Origin: an uncultured Aquiluna sp.
GTDB lineage: Bacteria; Actinomycetota; Actinomycetes; Actinomycetales; Microbacteriaceae
Reading direction: 5' to 3'
Assembly: GCA_964593635.1 (NCBI GenBank)
Contig: CAZQHT010000003.1
Coordinates: 2,490-50,685, forward strand
Length of the DNA stretch: 48,196 nt
Below, one piece after another: positions 12,472 to 21,008 of the stretch (position 1 is its first letter; every line of letters begins with the position of its first letter). The notes under the pieces were generated by a model. It ran no database searches. It was not told the origin of the DNA and saw only the letters and a list, made by a program, of their open reading frames with translations. Both the position numbers and the translations under genes were made by a program.

Positions 12472-12503
12472 CGGTTCCCGGGTGGATTACCACCCGGGAA
12501 CCG
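12472..12503 (+). other. Strong intergenic hairpin between SBP and ATPase genes (mRNA stabiliser or partial terminator)
   Basis: Perfect 14-bp stem CGGTTCCCGGGTGG-atta-CCACCCGGGAACCG followed by only TTT. Confidence 0.75.
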
Positions 12504-12524
12504 TTTAGCAACAAGGGAGTTGAC

Positions 12525-13274
12525 ATGGCAGAGCCGCTAGTCAAATTGACACAAATAAAGAAAAGCTTTGGTCCCGTAGATGTCCTCAAGGGTGTCGACC
12601 TAGAGGTTTTCGCAGGCAAGGTAACCGCTCTGGTTGGAGACAACGGAGCTGGTAAGTCAACGCTCATCAAAGGTCTAGCTGGCGTACAGCCCTACGACTC
12701 CGGTTCAGTCCACTTCATGGGCGAACCCGTAAATCTTCAATCCCCTCGTGATGCCAGCGGTTTTGGCATCGAGGTGGTTTACCAGGATCTAGCCCTGTGT
12801 GAAAACCTAGACATTGTTCAGAACATGTTCCTGGGCCGCGAAGAGGTCCGCATCGGAACCCTGGACGAAGCCCAGATGGAGTACTCCGCCTCAATGGCGC
12901 TTTCCTCACTTTCGGTCACAACCGTGAAGTCCGTTCGGCAAACCGTTTCCTCGCTTTCGGGAGGACAACGACAGACGGTGGCAATTGCCCGAACGGTTTT
13001 GCGCGACGCAAAATTGGTGATTTTGGATGAGCCAACCGCTGCCTTGGGCGTTGCTCAAACCGCACAGGTATTGAGCCTGGTTCGCCGCCTAGCGGAAAGT
13101 GGCGTTGGGGTTCTAATGATCAGCCACAACCTTCAGGACATCTTCCAGGTGGCTGACAACATCGCAGTTTTGTACTTGGGCAACATGGTGGCGCAGCTTG
13201 ACACCAAGGACACCAACACCAATGAGGTCATTGGATTTATTACAGGCAGCTCAACCACAGTGGGGAATGACTAA
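12525..13274 (+). CDS. Sugar ABC transporter ATP-binding protein (single NBD)
   Basis: GDNGAGKST, VYQDLALC, LSGGQRQ, ILDEPTAALG. Confidence 0.92.
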   Translation: MAEPLVKLTQIKKSFGPVDVLKGVDLEVFAGKVTALVGDNGAGKSTLIKGLAGVQPYDSGSVHFMGEPVNLQSPRDASGFGIEVVYQDLALCENLDIVQNMFLGREEVRIGTLDEAQMEYSASMALSSLSVTTVKSVRQTVSSLSGGQRQTVAIARTVLRDAKLVILDEPTAALGVAQTAQVLSLVRRLAESGVGVLMISHNLQDIFQVADNIAVLYLGNMVAQLDTKDTNTNEVIGFITGSSTTVGND

Positions 13275-13276
13275 AA

Positions 13277-14512
13277 ATGGCTGAAAAAGTGATGATTCAA
13301 ACTGGTCACGAGGGCAGCATCTCGGACCAGGTGAGGGCTTACTTCTCCCGCCTGAAGGCTGGAGACATGGGTGCACTTCCGGCAATCGGTGCCGTGGTGG
13401 TACTGATGGCACTGTTCGCCAATCTCTCACCCTTTTTCCTAACAGAAATCAACATTGCGAATCTCTTTGTGCAGTCCGCAGTGCTGATGGTCACGGCTAT
13501 GGCACTGGTGTTCGTTTTGCTTCTGGCCGAGATTGACCTGAGCGCTGGTGTGACCGGCGCTACCGGTATGGCCCTGTTTGTAAAGCTGACTTATGACGGC
13601 TGGGATTGGCCGCTGGCGCTTGCACTTGGTTTCTTGGTAGGTGTGGTCACCGGCTGGGTAATTGGAATCTTCGTGGCAAAGATCGGTGTGCCATCCTTTG
13701 TTATCTCGCTGGCATTTTTCCTGGGACTCCCTGGAGTCATGCTCATCATTTTGGACACCGGTGGCATTCTTCGCCTAGAGGTTGAGCCAATCAAGGCAAT
13801 CATGAACTCAAACCTTCCGGTCTGGGGCGGTTGGGGCCTATTGGGATTGGCAGTTTTGACCACCCTTGGGCTCTCACTTTGGGACCGCAGTAGGAGAGTG
13901 CAGGCCGGGCTTCCTGTCAGATCCTGGGTTTTCCTAATCGCAAAGGTGCTGTCGTTCTTGGCCATCGGTGGGGTTGCAGTATTCATTCTGAACCAGCCTC
14001 GAAGCCTGGTTGCAGCAAACCCGATTCAGGGTGTGCCAATTGTGGTTCCGATCGTGTTGATTTTGATTTTTGTCGGCACCTTCGTTTTGGGTCGCACCAC
14101 GTTTGGAAGATACATCTACGCGGTTGGTGGTAACCCAGAAGCCGCAAGGCGTGCCGGTATCAACGTTGCACGAATCAGAATCTACGCGTTCGTAATTGCA
14201 TCCAGCTTGGCAACCATCGGTGGCCTACTCCACGTCAGCCGAATCGGTGCCGTGGAGGCCACTGCAGGTAGGACCATCGTGTTGTCTGCGGTTGCCGCAG
14301 CGGTCGTGGGTGGCGTCAGCCTCTTCGGCGGCAAGGGCAAGCTCTTGAACGCAGCAATCGGTGCCGTGGTTATCTCAATCATCGACAACGGTCTGGGGCT
14401 CCTGGGATTCCCAGCCGGAGTTAGCTTCATCGTTACCGGTGCGGTGTTGGCTTTGGCTGCAACCGTGGATGCACTCGCCCGCAGGCGATCGCCCGGCGGC
14501 ATGAAAGTTTAG
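13277..14512 (+). CDS. xylH: Sugar ABC transporter permease (XylH-like)
   Basis: [24 protein letters not shown] and [12 protein letters not shown] motifs; multiple TM helices. Confidence 0.82.
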   Translation: MAEKVMIQTGHEGSISDQVRAYFSRLKAGDMGALPAIGAVVVLMALFANLSPFFLTEINIANLFVQSAVLMVTAMALVFVLLLAEIDLSAGVTGATGMALFVKLTYDGWDWPLALALGFLVGVVTGWVIGIFVAKIGVPSFVISLAFFLGLPGVMLIILDTGGILRLEVEPIKAIMNSNLPVWGGWGLLGLAVLTTLGLSLWDRSRRVQAGLPVRSWVFLIAKVLSFLAIGGVAVFILNQPRSLVAANPIQGVPIVVPIVLILIFVGTFVLGRTTFGRYIYAVGGNPEAARRAGINVARIRIYAFVIASSLATIGGLLHVSRIGAVEATAGRTIVLSAVAAAVVGGVSLFGGKGKLLNAAIGAVVISIIDNGLGLLGFPAGVSFIVTGAVLALAATVDALARRRSPGGMKV

Positions 14513-14535
14513 CTACCTCAATACAAGGAGAAACA

Positions 14536-15708
14536 ATGTCAAGCAGCACGAAATTCACTTTTGGACTTTGGACCGTTGGCTGGTTGGGAGCTGATCCATT
14601 CGGCTCAGCAACCCGTGCTGCAGTTTCTCTCGAAGAGACCCTGAGCCAGTTGAAGGCCGCAGGGGCATATGGCATCACGGCTCACGATGATGACCTGTTC
14701 CCTTTCGAGTCTGACGATGCTCAAAGACGCAAGGTAATCGATCAGCTAAAGGCGGGGCTTGCTAACACCGGCCTAAAGATGCCGATGCTTACTACCAACC
14801 TCTTCAGCCACCCGGTTTTCAAAGAGGGCGCCCTCACTGCCAATGACCGAGAGGTCAGAAGATTCGCGCTGAGAAAGGCAATCAGAAACCTTGACCTTGC
14901 CCACGAAATGGGTGCCGAGACCTTCGTGATGTGGGGCGGCCGCGAGGGAGCGGAGTATGACAGCGCGAAGAATGTGGTTGATGCACTAGCTCGCTACCGC
15001 GAGGGAATCAACGTTCTCAGCGAGTATGTGTTGTCCCAGGGCTACAAGTTGAGATTTGCGCTAGAGCCAAAGCCCAACGAGCCTCGTGGAGACATTTTGC
15101 TTCCTACCGTTGGCCACGCTCTTGGGTTCATCAACACCTTGGACCACCCAGACATGGTTGGAGTGAACCCTGAGGTTGGTCACGAGCAGATGGCAGGCTT
15201 GAACTTCACCGCGGGAATTGCGCAGGCACTGGATGCCGGAAAGCTCTTCCACATCGACCTCAATGGTCAAAAGGGCATCAAGTACGACCAGGACCTGGTC
15301 TTTGGTCACGGAGATCTTGCTAACGCCTTCGCCCTGGTCCACCTGCTGGAGTTTGGGAACGACGGCAAGTCCACCTACCAAGGCCCACGCCACTTTGACT
15401 ACAAGCCATCTCGCACCGAGGACTGGACTGGAGTCTGGGAGTCAGCACGAGCAAACATCCGCATGTATAACTTGCTTGAGGAGCGGGCTCAGAAGTTTGA
15501 GAACGACCCAGAGGTTCAGGCTCTGAAGAAGCGCTCAAAGCTGGACCAGCTTGCGATGCCGACTATGGCAGCGAATGAAAGCGGAGCCCAGCTTGTTTCT
15601 TCCAAGGAGTTTGAGAGCTTCGATCCTGACAGCTACTACAACGGCAAGGGTGCTGGCTTCGTCCAGCTAAACCAGTTGGCTCTTGAGCACCTCATGGGCG
15701 CTCGCTAG
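14536..15708 (+). CDS. xylA: Xylose isomerase (class I, actinobacterial type)
   Basis: FGLWTVG, HDDD, WGGREG, EPKPNEP, NPEVGHE, HIDLNG, DQD and HFDYK motifs; AAGGAG RBS. Confidence 0.96.
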   Translation: MSSSTKFTFGLWTVGWLGADPFGSATRAAVSLEETLSQLKAAGAYGITAHDDDLFPFESDDAQRRKVIDQLKAGLANTGLKMPMLTTNLFSHPVFKEGALTANDREVRRFALRKAIRNLDLAHEMGAETFVMWGGREGAEYDSAKNVVDALARYREGINVLSEYVLSQGYKLRFALEPKPNEPRGDILLPTVGHALGFINTLDHPDMVGVNPEVGHEQMAGLNFTAGIAQALDAGKLFHIDLNGQKGIKYDQDLVFGHGDLANAFALVHLLEFGNDGKSTYQGPRHFDYKPSRTEDWTGVWESARANIRMYNLLEERAQKFENDPEVQALKKRSKLDQLAMPTMAANESGAQLVSSKEFESFDPDSYYNGKGAGFVQLNQLALEHLMGAR

Positions 15709-15710
15709 CA

Positions 15711-17009
15711 ATGACTCCGCGCTTGGTGGCGGGGGTGGATTCCTCCACCCAAAGCTGCAAGGTCGTAATCTTCGATCCCGCCACTAATCAGATTGTTCGA
15801 ACCGGCAGGGCTTCGCACCCTGCCGGCACAGAAGTTGACCCAGAAGCCTGGTGGACAGCGCTGCTTGAGGCGATCGCCGATGCCGGGGGCCTTGAAGACG
15901 TTGGTGCCATCTCAATTGCAGGTCAGCAGCACGGCATGGTTTTGCTTGATCAAACTGGAAAGCCTGTGCGTCCTGCGCTTTTGTGGAACGACGTCAGAAG
16001 TTCCGGGGAGGCTCAGCAGCTGATTGACCACTTTGGAGCCCAGTGGCTCGCCAGTAATTCAGGCAGCGTTCCAGTTCCCTCCTTCACGGCCACCAAAGTT
16101 TTGTGGGTCAAGAACAATGAGCCCGAGAACTTGGAAAGGACAGCCGCAGTCTGTCTACCGCACGACTACCTCTCGTGGCGATTGTCAGATAGCTATCCAG
16201 ACCTAGGCGGTCTCTTCACAGATCGCTCAGACGCTTCAGGCACCGGCTACTTCAACCCAGCCACAAATGAATACCTGGATGAGGTGCTCAACTACTGCCT
16301 TGGTAGAGAGGTGCAGCTGCCAAAAGTTGTGGGTCACAACCAGGTCGCTGGAAAGGTTCGCAGCGACCTTGCCTCTCACTCGATTTCAATCGGAGCTGGC
16401 ATGGGCGACAATGCTGGTGCGGCTCAAGGCCTTGGGCTGACTCCAGGAAGCTTTGCGGTTTCCCTCGGAACCAGCGGAACAGTCTTTGGCTCGTTTCAGG
16501 CTCCTGTTTCGGATGCCACCGGTATCATCTCTGGTTTTGCGGATGCCGAGGGAAACTTTTTGCCACTGGTTTGCACGCTCAATGCAGCGCGGGTAATCGA
16601 GTGGGGAGCAGCACTTTTGGGGGTCACGCTGGATGAGTTCGGAGAGCTTGCGCTCAAGTCCGCACCTGGAGCAGGAGGTGTTGTGGTTGTTCCCTACCTG
16701 GAGGGAGAGAGAACACCGAACCTGCCGGATGCAACCGCATCGGTGACGGGCCTGACCCTGTCCAATGGTTCACGTGAGAACTTTGCCCGGGCCTGCATCG
16801 AAGGCATGCTCCGGGGTTTAGCTTTCGGAGCTTCAGTCATCACAGACCAGGGGCAGCAAATCTCTTCGATTGCGCTGATTGGTGGCGCGGCTGCCAACGA
16901 GGCGGTTCAGCAAATCGCCAGGGAGATTTTCAGCGCTCCAGTGTCGGTTCCAGAACCTGCCGAATATGTTGCGCTCGGAGCTGCCCGACAGGCTGCATTG
17001 CTGATCTAG
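15711..17009 (+). CDS. xylB: Xylulokinase (FGGY family)
   Basis: GVDSSTQSCK, GQQHG, LWND, TDRSDASGT, GDN, SLGTSG, GERTP; 2 nt after xylA. Confidence 0.92.
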   Translation: MTPRLVAGVDSSTQSCKVVIFDPATNQIVRTGRASHPAGTEVDPEAWWTALLEAIADAGGLEDVGAISIAGQQHGMVLLDQTGKPVRPALLWNDVRSSGEAQQLIDHFGAQWLASNSGSVPVPSFTATKVLWVKNNEPENLERTAAVCLPHDYLSWRLSDSYPDLGGLFTDRSDASGTGYFNPATNEYLDEVLNYCLGREVQLPKVVGHNQVAGKVRSDLASHSISIGAGMGDNAGAAQGLGLTPGSFAVSLGTSGTVFGSFQAPVSDATGIISGFADAEGNFLPLVCTLNAARVIEWGAALLGVTLDEFGELALKSAPGAGGVVVVPYLEGERTPNLPDATASVTGLTLSNGSRENFARACIEGMLRGLAFGASVITDQGQQISSIALIGGAAANEAVQQIAREIFSAPVSVPEPAEYVALGAARQAALLI

Positions 17010-17096
17010 CCCTTGCTGTGTCGTGGCTGGCGCGATGTCCAACCGAATTGTCGCGCACGGGTATAGCGTGGAAACACTATGTAAAAGGAGGCCACC

Positions 17097-17900
17097 TTGG
17101 CCAAGAAAATCAGAACCCCAGATCAACAAATTTCAAGACTTCGCGGCTACAACGTAATCGCAGGTTTTCTCCACCTACTTCAGGCTGCGGGCTTGGGATA
17201 TGTCCTAACTCTGCTGGACAACCAGATCCTGTTCCCAGCCACCATGGACTACCCAACCGGCCCTCCCGGATTCGATCTTCCAACTGACCGCGTTGTTCTT
17301 CTTGAGGTCAACATCGGTCTAGGTGTCGTGGCATTCTTGGCGCTATCAGCGTTCTTCCACTTCCTGATCGCTTCGCCACTGTTCTTCAACCGCTACAAAG
17401 CAGGGCTCAAGAAGAACCACAACTACTTCCGCTGGGTTGAGTATTCACTGTCCTCATCGATCATGATTTGGTTGATTGCTCAGCTCACCGGTGTCTCAGA
17501 CTTCGCAGCCCTAGTTGGAATCTTTGCGGTCAACGCATCGATGATCTTCTTTGGTGCGATGCAGGAGAAGTACGAGACTCCTGGAAACGGTAAGGGTCTG
17601 CCATTCATCTTTGGTTCAATCACCGGAATCGTCCCTTGGCTAATCATCGTGCTCTACACAATCCAGCCCGGTGGAACCAACGCAGCTGAGATCCCTGGAT
17701 TCGTTTACGGGATCATCGTGGCGCTGTTCGTGTTCTTCAACACCTTTGCCTTCAACCAGGCCTTCCAATACAAGCAGCTTGGTCCTTGGAAGAACTACCT
17801 CTACGGTGAGGCCACCTACATCACGCTCAGCTTGGTCGCCAAGACCATCCTGGCCTGGCAGGTCTTCTCCGGAGCAATCATCCCGGCTATCGTCGGTTAG
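17097..17900 (+). CDS. Heliorhodopsin
   Basis: Seven-TM pattern with N..AGFLHLLQ (TM1 His), AFFHF (TM2 His), NYFRWVEYSLSSSIM (TM3 R/E) and GEATYITLSLVAK (retinal Lys). AGGAGG RBS precedes the TTG start. Confidence 0.93.
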   Translation: MAKKIRTPDQQISRLRGYNVIAGFLHLLQAAGLGYVLTLLDNQILFPATMDYPTGPPGFDLPTDRVVLLEVNIGLGVVAFLALSAFFHFLIASPLFFNRYKAGLKKNHNYFRWVEYSLSSSIMIWLIAQLTGVSDFAALVGIFAVNASMIFFGAMQEKYETPGNGKGLPFIFGSITGIVPWLIIVLYTIQPGGTNAAEIPGFVYGIIVALFVFFNTFAFNQAFQYKQLGPWKNYLYGEATYITLSLVAKTILAWQVFSGAIIPAIVG

Positions 17901-17910
17901 TAGCTTCAAA

Positions 17911-17936
17911 GGTGACTGGGGTTCGCCCCAGTCACC
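17911..17936. terminator. Hairpin between convergent heliorhodopsin and LysE genes
   Basis: GGTGACTGGGG-ttcg-CCCCAGTCACC, 11-bp stem with TTCG tetraloop; overlaps the LysE stop codon. Confidence 0.75.
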
Positions 17937-18504
17937 GAAGCGCTATCCATAGCGCAAGCAGGACGAACACAATGCTCAAGACTCGGTTTACCGAGACCTC
18001 GTTTTTGCCAGCCGAAAGCCACTTTCGAAGCGGAACTGTCGCCAGGATGTAGCTCGCTGAGACCAGAGCAAATCCAACCAAAACGATTGCCAGCAAGGCC
18101 CAGAGTTCGGTTTCAGCTGCCACTGCTGGCATCACTGAGAGATAGAAAACAAAGGGCTGCGGATTACTGAATCCGATTGTGAATCCGGTCACAAAATCCC
18201 TGCCAGAAACCTTCGATGCACTTGTCCCGGGCAGCTTGTTCCACAAAACCCAGGCTCGGAAAAGCAAGAACAGAACTCCAAAAACCTGCAGAATCGAAAT
18301 TAGCCAGCTTGCATTTTGAACAGCCGCACTGACTCCAAAGTAGACAATCGTCACCATGGCCAGCTTCGCAACTGTGATTCCAGCCGCAGACCAGATTGCC
18401 GCCACTTTGCTTTCGATTGCCCTTGAAGCAATCAAGAGAGTGTCTGCGCCGGGCGCTAAAGCCGCGGCCATGAAGGCTGTGGCGAAGAGCAAGTAGTCGG
18501 TCAT
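17932..18504 (-). CDS. LysE/RhtB family amino-acid exporter
   Basis: ALAPGADTLL and GFSNPQ (PGP/NPK-like motifs); hydrophobic profile. Confidence 0.8.
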   Translation of the reverse strand: MTDYLLFATAFMAAALAPGADTLLIASRAIESKVAAIWSAAGITVAKLAMVTIVYFGVSAAVQNASWLISILQVFGVLFLLFRAWVLWNKLPGTSASKVSGRDFVTGFTIGFSNPQPFVFYLSVMPAVAAETELWALLAIVLVGFALVSASYILATVPLRKWLSAGKNEVSVNRVLSIVFVLLALWIALR

Positions 18505-18560
18505 GAATCAAATCTAGACCTTGCTGCATCTGCAAAAGATTGAATCGCTAGTCTGTTCCA

Positions 18561-19094
18561 ATGCCCACAATCTTCTACGGAGCGATCTCGCTCGATGGAT
18601 TTATCGCTGGTCCTGAGGGCTCAATGGATTGGGCCGAAAAGCACCTCGCCAGCGGCGAGGACTACGGCTATGTCGAGTTGGTTTCGTCCTGCTCTGCAAT
18701 GCTGATCGGCAGAAAGACCTTTGAGTTTGAGCTGGCAGCAGCACCAGAGATGGATCGGGTTCTCCCAACATATGTCTTGACCGAGCAGCCACTTCGTTTC
18801 GACGGTGCTGCGTTGTCTGGAGTTCACTTCACTTCGGGGGATCTTCGCGAGGTGGTTCAACTGATTAAGGACAAGCACCCCGGAGACATATTTATTGGTG
18901 GGGGAGCAGAACTAGTTGATGGCCTAATGGTGATGGGTCTACTTGATGAGCTGCGGTTGTTTGTAACCCCAGACATCCTGGGCAGTGGAGTGCGACTTTT
19001 CAAAGGCTCAAAGATCAAGAGCACACTCAGGCTTCACTCCAGCAAACAGTTTGACTCCGGGTTGGTCGAGCTCAGGTATTTGCTCGAAAACTGA
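18561..19094 (+). CDS. Dihydrofolate reductase-like / RibD C-terminal domain protein
   Basis: AISLDGFIAGP, IGRKTF, IGGGAEL, LLDELRLFVTP.ILGSG.RLF, SGLVELRY. Confidence 0.85.
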   Translation: MPTIFYGAISLDGFIAGPEGSMDWAEKHLASGEDYGYVELVSSCSAMLIGRKTFEFELAAAPEMDRVLPTYVLTEQPLRFDGAALSGVHFTSGDLREVVQLIKDKHPGDIFIGGGAELVDGLMVMGLLDELRLFVTPDILGSGVRLFKGSKIKSTLRLHSSKQFDSGLVELRYLLEN

Positions 19095-19104
19095 GTTTTG
19101 TGTT

Positions 19105-19133
19105 TTGAACTGTTGAGTTTTCTTCGGTAAACT
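19105..19133 (+). promoter_or_regulatory. SigA-type promoter for the Cys-rich microprotein
   Basis: TTGAAC (19105-19110), 17-bp spacer, TAAACT (19128-19133). Confidence 0.6.
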
Positions 19134-19140
19134 TTTCTTT

Positions 19141-19156
19141 ATACCCCTAGGGGTAT
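19141..19156. promoter_or_regulatory. CsoR/CstR-type operator (copy 1)
   Basis: Perfect palindrome ATACCCCTAGGGGTAT at the predicted +1. Matches the TAC-(C/G tract)-GTA architecture of CsoR-family operators and the copy at 23617. Confidence 0.8.
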
Positions 19157-19175
19157 GCAACGAAAGGGAAAACTT

Positions 19176-19298
19176 ATGTGCTCACCAGTTATGTGCTACG
19201 ACTGCTCAAAGCCAACCTGGCAGGGATGTGGACAACACATTGAAGAGGCTCTCGACGGCATTGCCGAGAGCGACCGTTGCCAGTGCCCAAGGGACTAA
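19176..19298 (+). CDS. 40-aa Cys/His-rich microprotein (not in the ORF track)
   Basis: MCSPVMCYDCSKPTWQGCGQHIEEALDGIAESDRCQCPRD*; GAAAGGGA RBS; promoter and operator upstream; fills an otherwise unexplained gap. Confidence 0.8.
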   Translation: MCSPVMCYDCSKPTWQGCGQHIEEALDGIAESDRCQCPRD

Positions 19299-19367
19299 TC
19301 AGCCCTTTTTGTCACTAGACTGGCCCTGTTCCCAACAATCACTGTCGATGAGACGTTAGGTCAGCCA

Positions 19368-20963
19368 TTGTCTAAGCCAGTTGTATTAATTGCCGAAGAA
19401 CTATCCCCGGCCACTCTTGAAGCGCTCGGACCAGATTTCGAGATTCGCAACGTTGATGGCGCAGACCGCGCAGCGCTCTTGCCTGCCCTCGCGGAGGCCA
19501 ACGCTGTTCTGATTCGTTCCGCCACCAAGATGGACGAAGAGGCGATCGCAGCAGCCCCCAAGCTCAAGGTGATTGCTCGCGCTGGAGTTGGTCTAGACAA
19601 CGTCGACATCAAGGCAGCCACTAATGCTGGCGTGATGGTTGTAAACGCTCCGACTTCAAACATCATTTCTGCGGCTGAGCTAGCAATCGCTCAGATCATG
19701 GGCCTAGCCCGCCACATCCCTGACGCCAACGCTTCGCTGAAGGCAGGGGAGTGGAAGCGCAACAAGTTCACCGGCGTAGAGCTCTACGAGAAGACCATCG
19801 GCATCATCGGCCTAGGTCGCATCGGTACTTTAGTTGCCCAGCGCCTTGCAGGTTTTGGCACCACTCTGATTGGTTTTGATCCTTACGTCACTCAGGCTCG
19901 CGCCGAGCAGATGGGAGTCGAACTAGTTTCGATTGAGGAGCTGATGAAGCGAAGCGACTTCATCACCATCCACATCCCAAAGACTCCCGAGACCACGGGC
20001 ATGATTTCAACCCCGCAGTTCGCCATGGCAAAGCCAAACCTTCGAATCGTGAACTGCTCGCGCGGCGGCATTATCGACGAGGCTGCACTCTTTACCGCTT
20101 TGTCCTCCGGTCAGATTGCTGGTGCAGGACTAGACGTGTTCGTGAACGAGCCTCCAAAGGATTCACCGCTTCTAACCCTGCCCAACATTTTGGTTACCCC
20201 TCACTTGGGAGCATCTACCGATGAGGCTCAGGAGAAGGCGGGTATTTCGGTTGCTCGCTCTGTTCGACTCGCCCTAGCTGGTGACTTGGTTCCTGATGCA
20301 GTGAACGTTGCCGGAGGAGTTATTGACTCATCTGTGAAGCCAGGCATTCCGCTGGCCGAGAAGCTCGGCCAGATTGTTGCAGGACTCGCCCACACCTCGA
20401 TCGTCTCGGTTGAGTTTGAGGCACGCGGCGAGATCGCAGCTCACGATGTCACAGTCTTGAAGCTTGCAGCGCTCAAGGGCCTCTTCCAGACCATGGTCAC
20501 TGAGCAGGTTTCATACGTAAATGCTCCACTGATGGCAGAGCAGCGCGGTGTCGAAGTTCGCCTCACTCAGGACACCGTAAGCGATGAGTACCGCAACGTC
20601 ACCACGCTGAAGGCTGTGCTCTCCGATGGCACCACAGTTTCCGCTGGTGGAACGGTGATTGGTCCAAAGCACCACCAGAAGGTTGTTTCAATCAACGGTT
20701 ACGACGTTGAGCTTTCAATGGCCGAGCACATGGTCGTCATGGTTTACCAGGACCGCCCAGGAATCGTTGCAATCTATGGCAAGGCTTTTGCAGAGGCAGG
20801 CATCAACATCGCAGCTATGACTATTGCCCGCCAGCAAAAGGGCGGCAAGGCACTCAGCGTCATCACTGTTGACTCACCAGTTGAGGCAAAGATTCTCGAC
20901 AAGCTCAAGGGTGAGATCTCGGCTGACGCGATGCGCTCAATTTCGATTTCCGACGAGTACTAA
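19368..20963 (+). CDS. serA: D-3-phosphoglycerate dehydrogenase
   Basis: [34 protein letters not shown] and a C-terminal ACT domain (DRPG). Confidence 0.96.
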   Translation: MSKPVVLIAEELSPATLEALGPDFEIRNVDGADRAALLPALAEANAVLIRSATKMDEEAIAAAPKLKVIARAGVGLDNVDIKAATNAGVMVVNAPTSNIISAAELAIAQIMGLARHIPDANASLKAGEWKRNKFTGVELYEKTIGIIGLGRIGTLVAQRLAGFGTTLIGFDPYVTQARAEQMGVELVSIEELMKRSDFITIHIPKTPETTGMISTPQFAMAKPNLRIVNCSRGGIIDEAALFTALSSGQIAGAGLDVFVNEPPKDSPLLTLPNILVTPHLGASTDEAQEKAGISVARSVRLALAGDLVPDAVNVAGGVIDSSVKPGIPLAEKLGQIVAGLAHTSIVSVEFEARGEIAAHDVTVLKLAALKGLFQTMVTEQVSYVNAPLMAEQRGVEVRLTQDTVSDEYRNVTTLKAVLSDGTTVSAGGTVIGPKHHQKVVSINGYDVELSMAEHMVVMVYQDRPGIVAIYGKAFAEAGINIAAMTIARQQKGGKALSVITVDSPVEAKILDKLKGEISADAMRSISISDEY

Positions 20964-20967
20964 AAAG

Positions 20968-21000
20968 TGAAAAAGGCACCCGGCTGGGGGCCTTTTCTCA
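20968..21000. terminator. Probable bidirectional terminator between serA and CoADR
   Basis: TGAAAAAGGCACCC-ggct-GGGGGCCTTTTCTCA imperfect stem with A and T tracts. Confidence 0.75.
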
Positions 21001-21008
21001 TTTAATCT

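Noticed and set aside
17030-17056. GCGCGAT...GTCGCGC inverted repeat between xylB and heliorhodopsin
   Set aside because: Short stem, large loop and no T tract; not supportable as a terminator
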